NCBI RefSeq assembly: GCF_030028105.1
Contig: NC_092383.1
Location: forward strand, 97,115,604-97,155,912
Direction: 5' to 3'
Origin: Mobula birostris
Taxonomy: Eukaryota
DNA length: 40,309 bases
Under the pieces are notes generated by a model. The model had not been told where the DNA came from, made no database searches, and worked only from the letters and a program-made list of their open reading frames with translations. Shown here piece by piece: positions 22,672 through 33,985 of the stretch. A program made the position numbers and the translations under genes. How positions within the stretch are numbered: the stretch's first letter is position 1; each line of letters opens with the position of its first letter.

Positions 22672-22963
22672 CCTAGGATGGATCGTCCCTCCCTCGGCAC
22701 TGGCACAAGGAGGGTACGGACTCTCTGGGAGATCTGCATGTGGGACGGTGGCTTGGAGATGCAGGTTTCCTCTGTGTCCCACTGTTGTGGTGAGGGGTGA
22801 GATCTATGGGACAACAGCATGGCTGCTGTTTGCTGCTGTGCTTTGTAAGTGTTGAATGTTAGTTCAATTATGGTCTCGAGTTTTGTCTGGTGGAAGAGAT
22901 TTTGTCAGAACGTTCCCCTGTAGAGTATCACCTTGATTAATCCTACTCAAACAGTAGTCAATA

Positions 22964-22969
22964 ATTAAA
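22964..22969 (+). terminator. Possible polyadenylation signal ATTAAA
   Basis: Variant hexamer ~290 nt after the receptor stop codon; position is the only support. Confidence 0.3.
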
Positions 22970-23258
22970 TGAATAACGTGAGCCTGTGCCCAGTTACTGA
23001 ATGCTCACGACTCTCCCATTTTGAATGAATAGTTCTGAAACACTGGTTCGACCCGAGGGTTCGGAATTATCACTGGGGAAAGATGGGGATCCAAGAGACT
23101 CTGTCAACCTTCAGCCAGAAATCAGGAAGGGAAGGAAGAGGGCAGAGGGGAGAAGATTTCAGGGTGGTATTGGATTTATGAGGAATGTTTATGAGGTGGG
23201 ACTCAGCGGAGAACAGGGAATTAAGGGAGGGAGAAAAATGGAAAGGTTCAGGGAGCAA

Positions 23259-23387
23259 CAACACACAGACACAAAGTGCTGGAAGAACTCAGCACATCAG
23301 ACAGCATCTCTGCAGGAGAATAATAGTCAACGATTCAGCTGCCTGCTGCCTGAACTGCTGAGTTCCTCCAGCATGGAGTGTGTGTTG
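23259..23387. repeat. Foldback of two inverted Penelope-type terminal-repeat fragments
   Basis: gtgctggaagaactcagca pairs with tgctgagttcctccagca. The motif resembles the Penelope tail at 35665-35712. Confidence 0.6.
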
Positions 23388-23999
23388 ACCAAGATTCCCA
23401 GTATATGGATATGTCTCGGGTTTAAGGGAGAGGGAGTTGTTGGAAAGTGAGGAGAACGAGAGACAGGGATTTAATATAAATGATGCAGGAATACAGCATA
23501 GATGGGGAGTGACCATGTTGTACAGGGTCTGGTCCAGTGATCTCATACTGCCACATGACCATTCGAGCTCTCTACACCTCACTAGGATATAGAAGGCATG
23601 TCCAAAAGTTTAAACTGCTGGGATCCAAGGCAAGTTGGTACATTAATTACAAAGTGAGCTTGGTAATAGGAGGCAGAGAGTGATAGTGGGCTGTTGCTTT
23701 TGTGATTGGAAGCCTATGGCCAGTTTCGACCCATAGGGGTTGTTGCTGGACACTATTTGGGTGCGTTGGATGCGATGTTTCATTGATTCAATTGTGTTTC
23801 TTAGATTTACTGAGTGTGTCCTCAAGAGAATTGACCTCATGTTTGTATACAGTGACATACATGTACATTGATAATAAATTTACTTTGAATTTTGAACGTA
23901 CATTAATGATTTTAGATATGGATGTAGGAGAGATCCAAAGACCCTGATGGAGATCTACAATAGGGCAGCAGAATAGACATGGAGGTTTGTAAATTTTTC

Positions 24000-24590
24000 A
24001 TAGAACCATTGAAACATAGAAAACCTACAACACAATACAGGCCCTTCAGCCCACAATGCTGTGCCAAACATATCCCCACTTCAGAAATTATCTAGGGTTA
24101 CCCATAGCCCTCTATTTTTCTGAGCTCCATGTACCTATCCAGGAGCCTCCTAAAAGACCCTATCATATCCGCCTCCACCACCATCACCGGCAGCCCATTC
24201 CACACACTCACCACTCTCTGCGTAAAAAACTTACCCCTGACATCTCCTCTGTACCTTCTTCCAAGCACATTAAAACTGTGTCCTCTCGTGTTAGCCATTT
24301 CATCCCTGGGAAAAAGCCTCTGATTATCCACACGATCAATGCCTCTTATCATCTTACATACTTCTTTCAGGTCACCTCTCATCCTCCGTCACTCCAAGGA
24401 GAAAGGGCCATTTTCACTCAACCTATTCTCATAAGGCATGCTCCCTTTTCCAGGCAAAATCCTTGTAAATCTCCTCTGCACCCATTCTGTAGTCTCCACA
24501 TCCTTCCTGTAGTGAAGTGACCAGAACTGAGCCCAGTACTCCAAGTGGGGTCTGACCAGGGCCCTATATAGCTGTAACATTACCTCTCGG
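24000..24590 (-). mobile_element. 5'-truncated CR1
   Basis: MLQLYRALVRPHLEYWAQFWS..ANTRGHSFNV, with a catagaa-type tail at 24000-24022. Confidence 0.88.
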
Positions 24591-25409
24591 GTGTGGGTTT
24601 GACTACAGGGAACATTCTCAGCCTACAATAACTTTGGCTCTCCACAGGTACACTTTAGCGTTCAGCAACCAGTGATGTAAGAGCCAAAACCAGCTCAGAA
24701 CTTAAATTAACAGCTGAATGACCTATTAGACTTTTCACATCAGCCAAAATCTTCAACTCACCGCAGAAAATAGAGCATCTTGCCATTAAAATATTCATCC
24801 TCTATGTCTAGGGATATGAACTGGCCATGGCCTGCCTTTCTAGGTACCCCTATTCTATCGGCCAGCGTGAATTCAGTCACATCACTGGTATCGCATTGCA
24901 CATGACTTAATCTCTTTGGCATCCATAATAAAATATCTCATACCAAAAACCACTGGCCTAGACAGACAATTAAGCAGCTTAATCATTCCTTACACAGCAT
25001 TCATACAGCATTCCAATCCCGGAAGAACCCCCAGAAATGGAACCCTCTCACTGTGAGTTGTAACAAACTTGGCTGGTTGGCTAACTCTGGCTAGTAGCCA
25101 CGTGAGTCAGCTTTGCATGGGTTACGGTGAGAAAGCCACCCTCAATAAGTTTCATACGCCTAAGGTCGATATGATTTGGGTTCAGCGGATACTGCAACTT
25201 TGACAGTCACAGAAAAACTGCTAAAATGAAAATACGTCACAGCATAGCAGTAGAAATATAGTAAAATAGGACCTTAGCCTGGACATTACACAAGTAAACA
25301 TGTCGAGTGCGATCAGGTGTTGGATGGTCATCATGGATATGATGGGCCGAAAAGCCTGTTTCTGTGCTGTGTGTCTCTATGACTCCATCCTATTTGACTC
25401 CTTTCACAA

Positions 25410-28400
25410 TGTTACACATCCCGTGAGCTTGATGTAATTACCTCGTAAGCATTATGTCATTATCTCGTGATGGTCATGATTTAATGGTCTCATGATAGCG
25501 GGGTGATGTGCTGTGACGTGATAGCATGCTCCAAACGGTATTTAAACATAGCCCGCCACTGTGACACAGTTCTCATTTTTACTTTTAGTGCAACGTTGTT
25601 GTTGCTGGTCGGATGTTTGTTGCACTTTTATTTTTCCTTTACCGTCCAGTGTCAGAGACTAAAGGCATTACCAGAGTTATCCAAGTTCAAAGGATTGGGT
25701 AAAGTTAATGTCGTTCAGCGTCTTGGGAATGATCGACCTTTTTGAATCTTTGTTCAGGAATTGTGGCATGCACATTTGAATGAAACTGCTGCAAGGTTGG
25801 GAAGATTTTGGAAAGGAGCAAAAATAACAGGGTTGTTCTCATGGGTGACTTTAACGTCCCTAATATTGATTGGCACCTGATTAGTTCCAAGGGTTTAGAT
25901 GGGGCAGAATTGGTTAATTGTGTCCAGGACGGATTCCTGTCACAGTATGTGGACAGGCCGACGAGGGGGAATGCCATACTAGATCTAGTACTAGGTAAGG
26001 AACCGGGTCAGGTCACAGATCTCTCAGGGAGTGAGCATCTGGGGGACAGTGACCACCGCTCCCTGGCCTTTAGCATTATCATGGAAAAGGGTAGAATCAG
26101 AGAGGACAGGAAAATTTTTAATTGGGGAAGGGCAAATTATGAGGCTATAAGGCTAGAACTTGTGGGCGTGAATTGGGATGATGTTTTTGCAGGGAAATGT
26201 ACTATGGACATATGGTTGATGTTTAGAGATCTCTTGCAGGATGTTAGGGATAAATTTGTCCCAGTGAGGAAGATAAAGAATAGTAGGGTGAAGTAACCAT
26301 GAGTGACAAGTGAGGTGGAAAATCTAGTCAGGTGGAAGAAGGCAGCATACATGAGGTTTAGGAAGCAAGGATCAGATGGGTCTATTGAGGAATATAGGGA
26401 AGCAAGAAAGAAGCTTAAGAAGGGGCTGAGAAGAGCAAGAAGGGGGCATGAGAAGGCCTTGGCGAGTAGGGTAAAGGAAAACCCCAAGGTATTCTTCAAT
26501 TACGTGAAGAAAAAAAGGATGACAGGAGCGAAGGTAGGACCGATTAGAGATAAAAGTGGGAAAATGTGCCTGGAGGCTGTGGAAGTGAGGGAGGTCTTCA
26601 ATGAATACTTCTCTTCAGTATTCACCAATGAGAGGGAACTTGATGATGGTGAGGACAAAATGAGTGAGGTTGATGTTCTGGAGCATGTTGATATTAAGGG
26701 AGAGGAGGTGTTGGAGTTGTTAAAATACATTAGGACGGATAAGTCCCCGGGGCCTGATGGAATATTCCCCAGGCTGCTCCACGAGGCGAGGGAAGAGACT
26801 GCTGAGCCTCTGGCTAGGAACTTTATGTCCTTGTTGTCCATGGGAATGGTACCGGAGGATTGGAGTGAGGTGAATGTTGTCCCCTTGTTCAAAAAAGGTA
26901 GTAGGGAGAGTCCGAGTAATTACAGACCAGTGAGCCTTACGTCTGTGGTGGGAAAGCTGTTGGAAAAGATTCTTAGAGATAGGATCTCTGGGCATTTAGA
27001 GAATCATGGTCTGATCAGGGACAGTCAGCATGGCTTTGTGAAGGGCAGATCATGTCTAACAAGCCTGATAGAGTTCTTTGAGGAGGTGACCAGGCATATA
27101 GATGACGGCAGTGCAGTGGATGTGATCTATATGGATTTTAGTTAGGCATTTGACAAGGTTCCACACAGCAGGCTAATTCAGAAAGTCAGAAGGCATAAGA
27201 TCTGGGGAAGTTTGGCCAGGTGGATTCAGAATTGGCTTGCCTGCAGAAGGCAGAGGGCGGTGGTGGAGGGAGTACATTCAGGTTGGAGGATTGTGACTTG
27301 TGCTGTCCCACAAGGATCTGTTCTGGGACCTCTACTTTTCGTGATTTTTATCAACGACCTAGATGTGGGGGGTAGAAGGGTGGGTTGGCAAGTTTGCAGA
27401 TGACACAAGGGTTGGTGGTGTTGTAGATAGTGTGGAGGATTGTTAAAGATTGCAGAGAGACATTGATAGGATGCAGAAGTGGGCTGAGAAGTGACAGATG
27501 GAGTTCAACCCGGAGAAGTGTGAGGTTGTACACTTTGGAAGGACAAACTCCAAGGCAGAGTACAAAGTAAATGGCAGGATACTTGGTAGTGTGGAGGAGC
27601 AGAGGGATCTGGGTGTACATGACCACAGATCCCTGAAAGTTGCCTCACAGGTGGACAGGGTAGTTAAGAAAGCTTATGATGTGTTAGCTTTCATAAGTCA
27701 AGGGATAGAGTTTAAGAGTCGCGATGTAATGATGCAGCTCTATAAAACTCTGGTTAGGCCACACTTGGAGTACTGTGTCCATTTCTGGTCACCTCACTAT
27801 AGGAAAGATGTGGAAACATTGGAAAGGGTACAGAGGAGATTTACCAGGATGCTGCCTGGTTTAGAGAGTATGCATTATGATCAGAGATTAAGGGAGCTAG
27901 GGCTTTACTTTTTGGAGTGAAGGAGGTTGAGCAGAGACATGATAGAGGTGTACAAGACATTAAGAGGAATAGATAGAGTGGACAGCCAGCGCCTCTTCCC
28001 CAGAGCACCACTGCTCAATACAAGAGGACATGGCTTTAAGGTATAAGGGGTGGGAAGTTCAAGGGGGATATTAGAGGAAGGTTTTTTACTCGGGGAGTGG
28101 TTGGTGCGTGGAATGCACTGCCTGAGTCAGTGGTGGAGACAGATACACTCGTAAAGTTTAAGCGACTACTAGACAGGTATATGGAAGAATTTAAGGTGGG
28201 GGCTTATAAGAGAGGCAGGGTTTGAGGTTCCACACAACATTGTGGGCCAAAGGGCCTGTACTGTGCAGTACTATTCTAAGGTAGGTTTGTGCAGTGACCA
28301 CCCTCCAGTCAAAAGGCTAGTTCCTTTATTTCTCCGTGACTTCTTCGGACAAGGCATCTCTCATCTATGATCAGCAGATTCGTCATTACTTCGAAGGAAT

Positions 28401-28661
28401 CGTTGTTTCGGGGAAGTATCTCCTTAATGACTGTATAAAGCACATGGACTTTTGAATTTACCACTTTAAGTCTGTGCTTGGATGGGAACTCGTTAAGAAC
28501 AGTTTATAAGTTTGACTGTTCGATATATTGGCCTAACTGTTAACTTCCGGTTAAGTCATTCGTTCATTTACTTTTCGATGTTTTGAGCATAGGTTAATAA
28601 ATGTTGTTTATTTTGTAAAAGCTCGACTCAAATTCATCTCCATTGCTGCTGGTTCATAACA
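25410..28661 (+). mobile_element. Solo LTR (~770 bp) interrupted by a CR1
   Basis: Termini TGTTAC...ATAACA, 4-bp TSD ACAA at 25406-25409 and 28662-28665, AATAAA near 28597. Confidence 0.7.
25801..28277 (+). mobile_element. 5'-truncated CR1 of the same family as 1080-5218
   Basis: Colinear APE/RT sequence with stops and frameshifts. Tail ctattct; imperfect TSD aaggttgg/aaggtagg. Confidence 0.93.
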
Positions 28662-28669
28662 ACAAACAC

Positions 28670-28915
28670 CTCAAAGTTCAAAGTACATGTATGATCAAAG
28701 TGTGCATACGTTATATAACCTTGAGATTCATCTTTTTATGGACAGTCACAAAACAAGAATCTCAAAAGAACCCATGAAAACAGAACAAAACAAACACCCA
28801 ATGTGCAGAGAGAGAGAGAAACAACACACCAATCGTGCAAACAATAAAAGGCAGCCAAAGCATTCAGAATGAAAGTGAGCCCAGAGAGCATCCGGAGCAG
28901 GCCACACCCTCAGTC
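28670..28915 (-). mobile_element. 3' end of a non-CR1 LINE-like repeat (tail tcaaagttcaaag); related copies at ~23720-23897 (+) and ~38500-38850 (-)
   Basis: A shared caaagtacat/ttgagatt motif and (tttgaac)-like tail occur at three sites. Family not determined. Confidence 0.5.
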
Positions 28916-28920
28916 TTAAT

Positions 28921-29428
28921 AGAGAACATAGAACATAGAACAGTACAGCACAGTACAGGCCCTTCAGCCCACAATGTTGTGCCGACCATGAAACCCTGCC
29001 TCCCATATAACCCCCCAACTTAAATTCCCCCATATACCTGTCCAGTAGTCTCTTAAACTTCACTGGTGTATCTGCCTCCACCACTGACTCAGGCAGTGCA
29101 TTCCACTCACCAACCACTCTCTGAGTAAAAAACCTTCCTCTAATATCCCCCTTGAACTTCCCACCTCTTACCTTAAATTCATGCCCTCTTGTATTGAGCA
29201 GTGGTGCCCTGGGGAAGAGGCGCTGGCTATCCACTCTATCTATTCCTCTTATTATCTTGTACACCTCTATCATGTCTCCTCTCATCCTCCTTCTCTCCGA
29301 AGAGTAAAGCCCTAGCTCCCTTAATCTCGGATCATAATGCATACTTTCTAAACCAGGCTGCATCCTGGTAAATCTCCTCTGTACCCATTCCAATGCTTCC
29401 ACATCCTTCCTATAGTGAGGTGACAAAA
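28921..29428 (-). mobile_element. 5'-truncated CR1 of the same family as 1080-5218
   Basis: Reverse complement of 4710-5218, with a catagaa tail at 28921-28945. Confidence 0.92.
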
Positions 29429-30765
29429 CATGTGACATTCACCTCCAGACCCAACGCACGGCCTTTTCAATCGATCTGGCTCAGTGTTTAAATCATCCAA
29501 ACATCGCTCGACGACCAGGCCCTGTCACATCAACATGATGTAGCCTGGACCCTGCCACCATGTCTCAGCTCGTACCCGAGCTTTCAACGTTGGCCCAGTG
29601 CTAGATGGATCAGACATCGCTCTTGGCAGAGGTGGGCGGGCTCTGCACCCTCTCCACTCCAACTTTTCTCTGTTTTGCCAACCCCAACTCCATCTCAACC
29701 ACATCTCCACCTCGCTCCAACCATCTCTCCCCAACCACGTCTCCACCTCGCTCCAACTTCTCACACCTGCACGCCTCGACCCTCGAGTCAGCCTCGTCTT
29801 CCTTGTGTGCGGAGATCATTTACCACAATCACCTGACAAATAAGACAGCTGTCATTCTTTTCCATACCCTCATGTCTGGGAAACCCTCCCGTTCCAATGC
29901 AGAACAAACATTCCACAATTTATGGAACTTCATATGATGATAACTGTAGCACCCCATTTCTGTTGCCATCTCCTCCAAAAGCACAGGGATGTAGATCATT
30001 GTGTCCTTGGGATTTATTGACGTCAGCCTGTTTCAATGGACTTATTGAATCATACCTATTCCCATCAATTTTTCATTCTCATGTGACTCTTGGTTCTCTG
30101 ATACTTGCAGGTTTGATTTTGCCTTTACCCTTAAAACAGATACAAAGTAAATGTTTAACTCCTCTGTCCCACATCCTTGCCCCTGTCCCTGTGACTGATC
30201 CCCTATTCTGCTCCTTGTTTCCCGTCTCAGAATGTGTCACATCACCAGATTGGAATTAACTTCCTGATTCCACCCCCGATCTGTGAGCCGATGAATGTCC
30301 CTGTAGGGGAGAGGGTGTGTGACTCAGTGCCAGGTTCACACTGAAGCATTGCACACAGTCCCGGTCACAGTCTGGGCTGATCACAGTCCTGGGTCTGCTG
30401 CTCCTGGACCAGATTCAGACACGGTCTGGGCTGGGTCATACCTGGGTGTAGAAGGGAAACTGGGACCACTTACAATAGTGACAACAGATGTGGGCCTGGA
30501 GAGGATTGCTGGGAATCAAAGCCATAAACAGGGCACTGTGGATTTTTTATGGATGTTTGCGGGCAGTGGTCGGGGAAGTGTGAACTTACTCCAGCAACAA
30601 CTGCTGAAATGAAGGTTCAGGGAAGAGTTAATGTGATGGTTGAAATGAACTGGGACTGGCTTAAAGTCCACTTGGGACTATTGGGGATGGAATGCAGGAA
30701 TTGGGAATCGAGGTGTCCATGAGGATCTGCTTAACTCATCTTTCATTGTTCCTGCTCAACCTCAG

Positions 30766-31020
30766 ACCCTGTGTCAGGAACATACATCATGGTTTATTCA
30801 TTTTCATAGACACTGCCTGACCTTTTGAGATCCTACAGCATTTCGTGTGTGTTGCTCATGGTTCTGAACATTACCGGGACCTTTGACCTCACCTGGATCT
30901 GTTCCTTGACCTTGGGCGTCCCACCAGCTTCAGGTGGTGAAGGGGAGGAGAATCTGTGAGAGACTCCAGCATACACCACTTCTGGAATCATGGAGAGATG
31001 GAAGAAGTTCATCACACAGC
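30766..31020 (+). pseudogene. Decayed paralog of the C2 exon at 20063-20346
   Basis: The upstream intron 30565-30765 is similar to 19870-20062. Translation DPVSGTYIMV[insert]LNITGTFDLTWICSLTLG/PTSFRW*RG..SSIHHFW, with a frameshift, a stop, an insertion and a missing 3' half. Confidence 0.85.
30795..30855 (+). mobile_element. 61-bp Penelope-type tail insertion with 8-bp TSD TCATGGTT
   Basis: TSD at 30787-30794 and 30856-30863. The insert resembles catagatgctgcctgacc..cagcatt..gtgtgtgttgctc. Confidence 0.7.
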
Positions 31021-31412
31021 TTAACCCATGCATTGACAATATGATGGGACAGTATATAGCTTCACTTTATGTCAAACATGTGCACATTTATTTTGCAAAG
31101 AGTGGTTTATTTACAATAATTACACTGCTCACAATTCACTCCTTACAAATATTCATGCAGTTAAAACATCAAATTAAATTATGATCATCCTTGCCCAGGA
31201 TGCAATCCAGTCTTTGTAATGTCCACTGATACCTGAACGCATCCAACGTGCCAGTGAACAGTACGTACTCTCTTTCCAAACCCCCATCAAAGGATTGAGC
31301 TGAGTTACTGATTCTCAGCAGATCTGCTGCACTGGAGCCAGAAACAAAAACATAGCCCAAGTCTTTGAGTTGTCCTGGTCCAGCTTGTTCTTCCACCAAG
31401 TGAACACTGGAG

Positions 31413-33332
31413 GGAAGCACAGACAGGAGGTCTCAGACCCCAACCCAGTATGAAATTTGATTTGGACAATCCACATAGTGTAGTGAGAATGGTTGCAGGG
31501 ACAGTGTATTCTGTGTGGTATGTGGGAAGTCTGGGACACCTCCGGTCTCCCAGATAAACACAACTGCATCAGGTGCACCGAGTTTCAGCTCCTGAGAGAA
31601 TATATTAAGAAACAGGATCTCAACTTGACGTCCTTTCACTCATACGGGAGAATGAAGAGGAGATAGAAAAGAACTAGAGGGAGGTAGTTACCCCTGGATT
31701 GCAGGAGTGAGGTAACTGAGAGACTGCCAGGAGAAGGAGGGGAAATGCACAGCCAGTGCAGAGTACACCTGTGGCCATTCCCCTCAATAATACCTTCAGA
31801 TACTCTTGAGGGGGATGACCTACCAGGGAGGAGCCACAATGACTGGGTCTCTGTCACTGAGTCTGGTGCTGTGGTTCAGATGAGCAGAGAGGTGAAGAGA
31901 GCTGCAGTACTGATAGGAGATTCCTTCGTCAGAGGAACAGAGATGAGGTTCTATCGGTGAGTTTGAGATACCCGAATGGAATATTGCCTCCCTGATGACA
32001 GGATCAGTGATGACTTGCTTTGTGTCCATGACATTGCAAGAGCAAGGTTGAGCAGGTAGGTATTGGTACATCTTGCCACCAATGACATAGGTAGATAAGG
32101 TGAGGAGGTCCTGAAGAGAGGTTTTATGGAGCTGGGTAGAAAGCTGAGAAACAGGACCATCAGGATGGTAATCACTGGATTGTTGCCTGTGCCATGTGCC
32201 AGTGAGGGTAAGAATAGGATGATTTGGCAGGTGAATATGTAGCTGAGGAACTGGAGCGTGAGGCAAGAGTTCAGATTTATGGGTCTTTGTGATCTCTCCT
32301 GGGGCAGCTATGACCTGTACAAAAAGGACAGGTTACACCTGATCCCGAGGGTCTCCAATATCCTTGTGGGCAGGTTGGCTAGAATTGTTTGGGTGGGTTT
32401 AAACAAGTTCAGCAGGAGGTTGGGAACTGGAATGATAGTGCTGAAGATAAGCTCTATCAGATGAAATGTACAGTGAGACTCCTAGCAGGGAGACCTACAT
32501 GATAGGGAACAATTGCAGACAACAGGAAGAGTTGTAATGTAAAAGGTGTTCAAAATCGAGAAAGGTGAATACAGAACTAAAGGTGTCATATTTAAATGCG
32601 GGCAGAATATGGAATAAGGTCGATGAACTTGTAGCACAGTTACAGATTGGCAAATATGATGTTGTAGGCATCACTGAATTCAGGCTGAAAGATGATTAAA
32701 GCTGCATTTTATGTCCAAGGTTACACAATGCATTGAAAGAATAGGTCGCAAGACAGAGGTGGTAGCGTTGCTCTGTTGGCAAAAACAGGGCAGGTAGTTT
32801 TGAGGAACTATAGAGTTACAGAACAACTCAGATTAGGAGAATGGGCAAGAAGTGGTAGATAGCGTACAGTGTTGGTATGTGCATGGTCATGCACTTTGGT
32901 AGGAGAAATGAACAGGCTGACGATTTTCTAAATGGAGAGAAAATATAAAAATTCAATAGAATTTAGAAGAATGAGGGATGACCTAATTGAATCCTACCAA
33001 ACGGTATAAGGCCTTGACAGAGTAGATGTGGAGAGGGTCTTTTCTTTGGTTGGAGTTCAAAGACCAGAGGGGACAGACTCAAAGTAGATTGGCATCCTTT
33101 TCGAATGGAGTTGGGGAGGAATTTGTTTATCTAGAGAGTGGTGAATCAGTAGTATTTGCTGCTACAGGCAGCCGTGGAGGCCAATTCATTATGTTTAAGG
33201 CAGAGGTTGACAGATTCTTGATTGGTCAGAACATGAAGGGATACAGGGGGAAGACAGGTAATTGGGGCTGAGAGGAAAAATAGATTAGCCATGATGAAAT
33301 GACAGAGCAGACTCGATGGGCCAAATGGTTAT
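31413..33332 (+). mobile_element. Old CR1 with internal deletions (left arm)
   Basis: ORF1 remnants (CILCGMWEV, LIGDSFVRG), the APE start and the 3' end; TSD CTGGAG at 31407-31412 and 33333-33338. Confidence 0.85.
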
Positions 33333-33734
33333 CTGGAGATCCAGCAGCACATCTTGTTCATGCAACAACTAAGTCAATGCAACTCCCCCGTCATTAGTCT
33401 CTCCAAAGAATCAGGGAACTAAACTTGCAGTATTTTTTGTCCAACAGGGTCTTGCGATCACTGTACTAAATGTCCAAGGCAATCGACCGTACCTTTCTAG
33501 GACTGCGCACAGTCTGGGCACAAATGTAGGCGACAAGTCCAGCTCCATCAATATCGAGCAAGTCGCTGATGGGGTAGTCCTGCAGTAATTGATGTTCTGA
33601 GTCTCCGGCAGTGACTTGTGGATGTAAAATAGACGTACAGGATGAACAAATACACAAATACACCGATCATCAAACACCACTTTACAGCAATACCATTTCA
33701 TTCATCCATCACCTCCCCCACATTTAGATTCCAT

Positions 33735-33985
33735 CTGTGTGGAGTTTGCATGTTCTCCCAGTGAAGGCTCAGTTTACCCCGGGTGCTCCCATTTCCTCCC
33801 AGATTCCAAAGAGACAAGGGTGGTGGGTTAATTGGCCACTATAAATTGCCCCCACTGAGAGGGTGAGGGGTAGAATGTGGGGGAGGTGATGGGATGAATG
33901 AAATGGTATTGCTGTAAAGTGGTGTTTGATGATCGGTGTTCACTCATGGATCAAAGGGCCGGTTTCGGTGCTGTTTGACCCCATG
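33735..33985 (+). mobile_element. V-SINE (HE1-like) fragment
   Basis: V-domain ctgtgtggagtttgcatgttctccc..gggtgctccc.tttcctccca, followed by a CR1-like tail gggccggtttcggtgctg. Confidence 0.7.
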
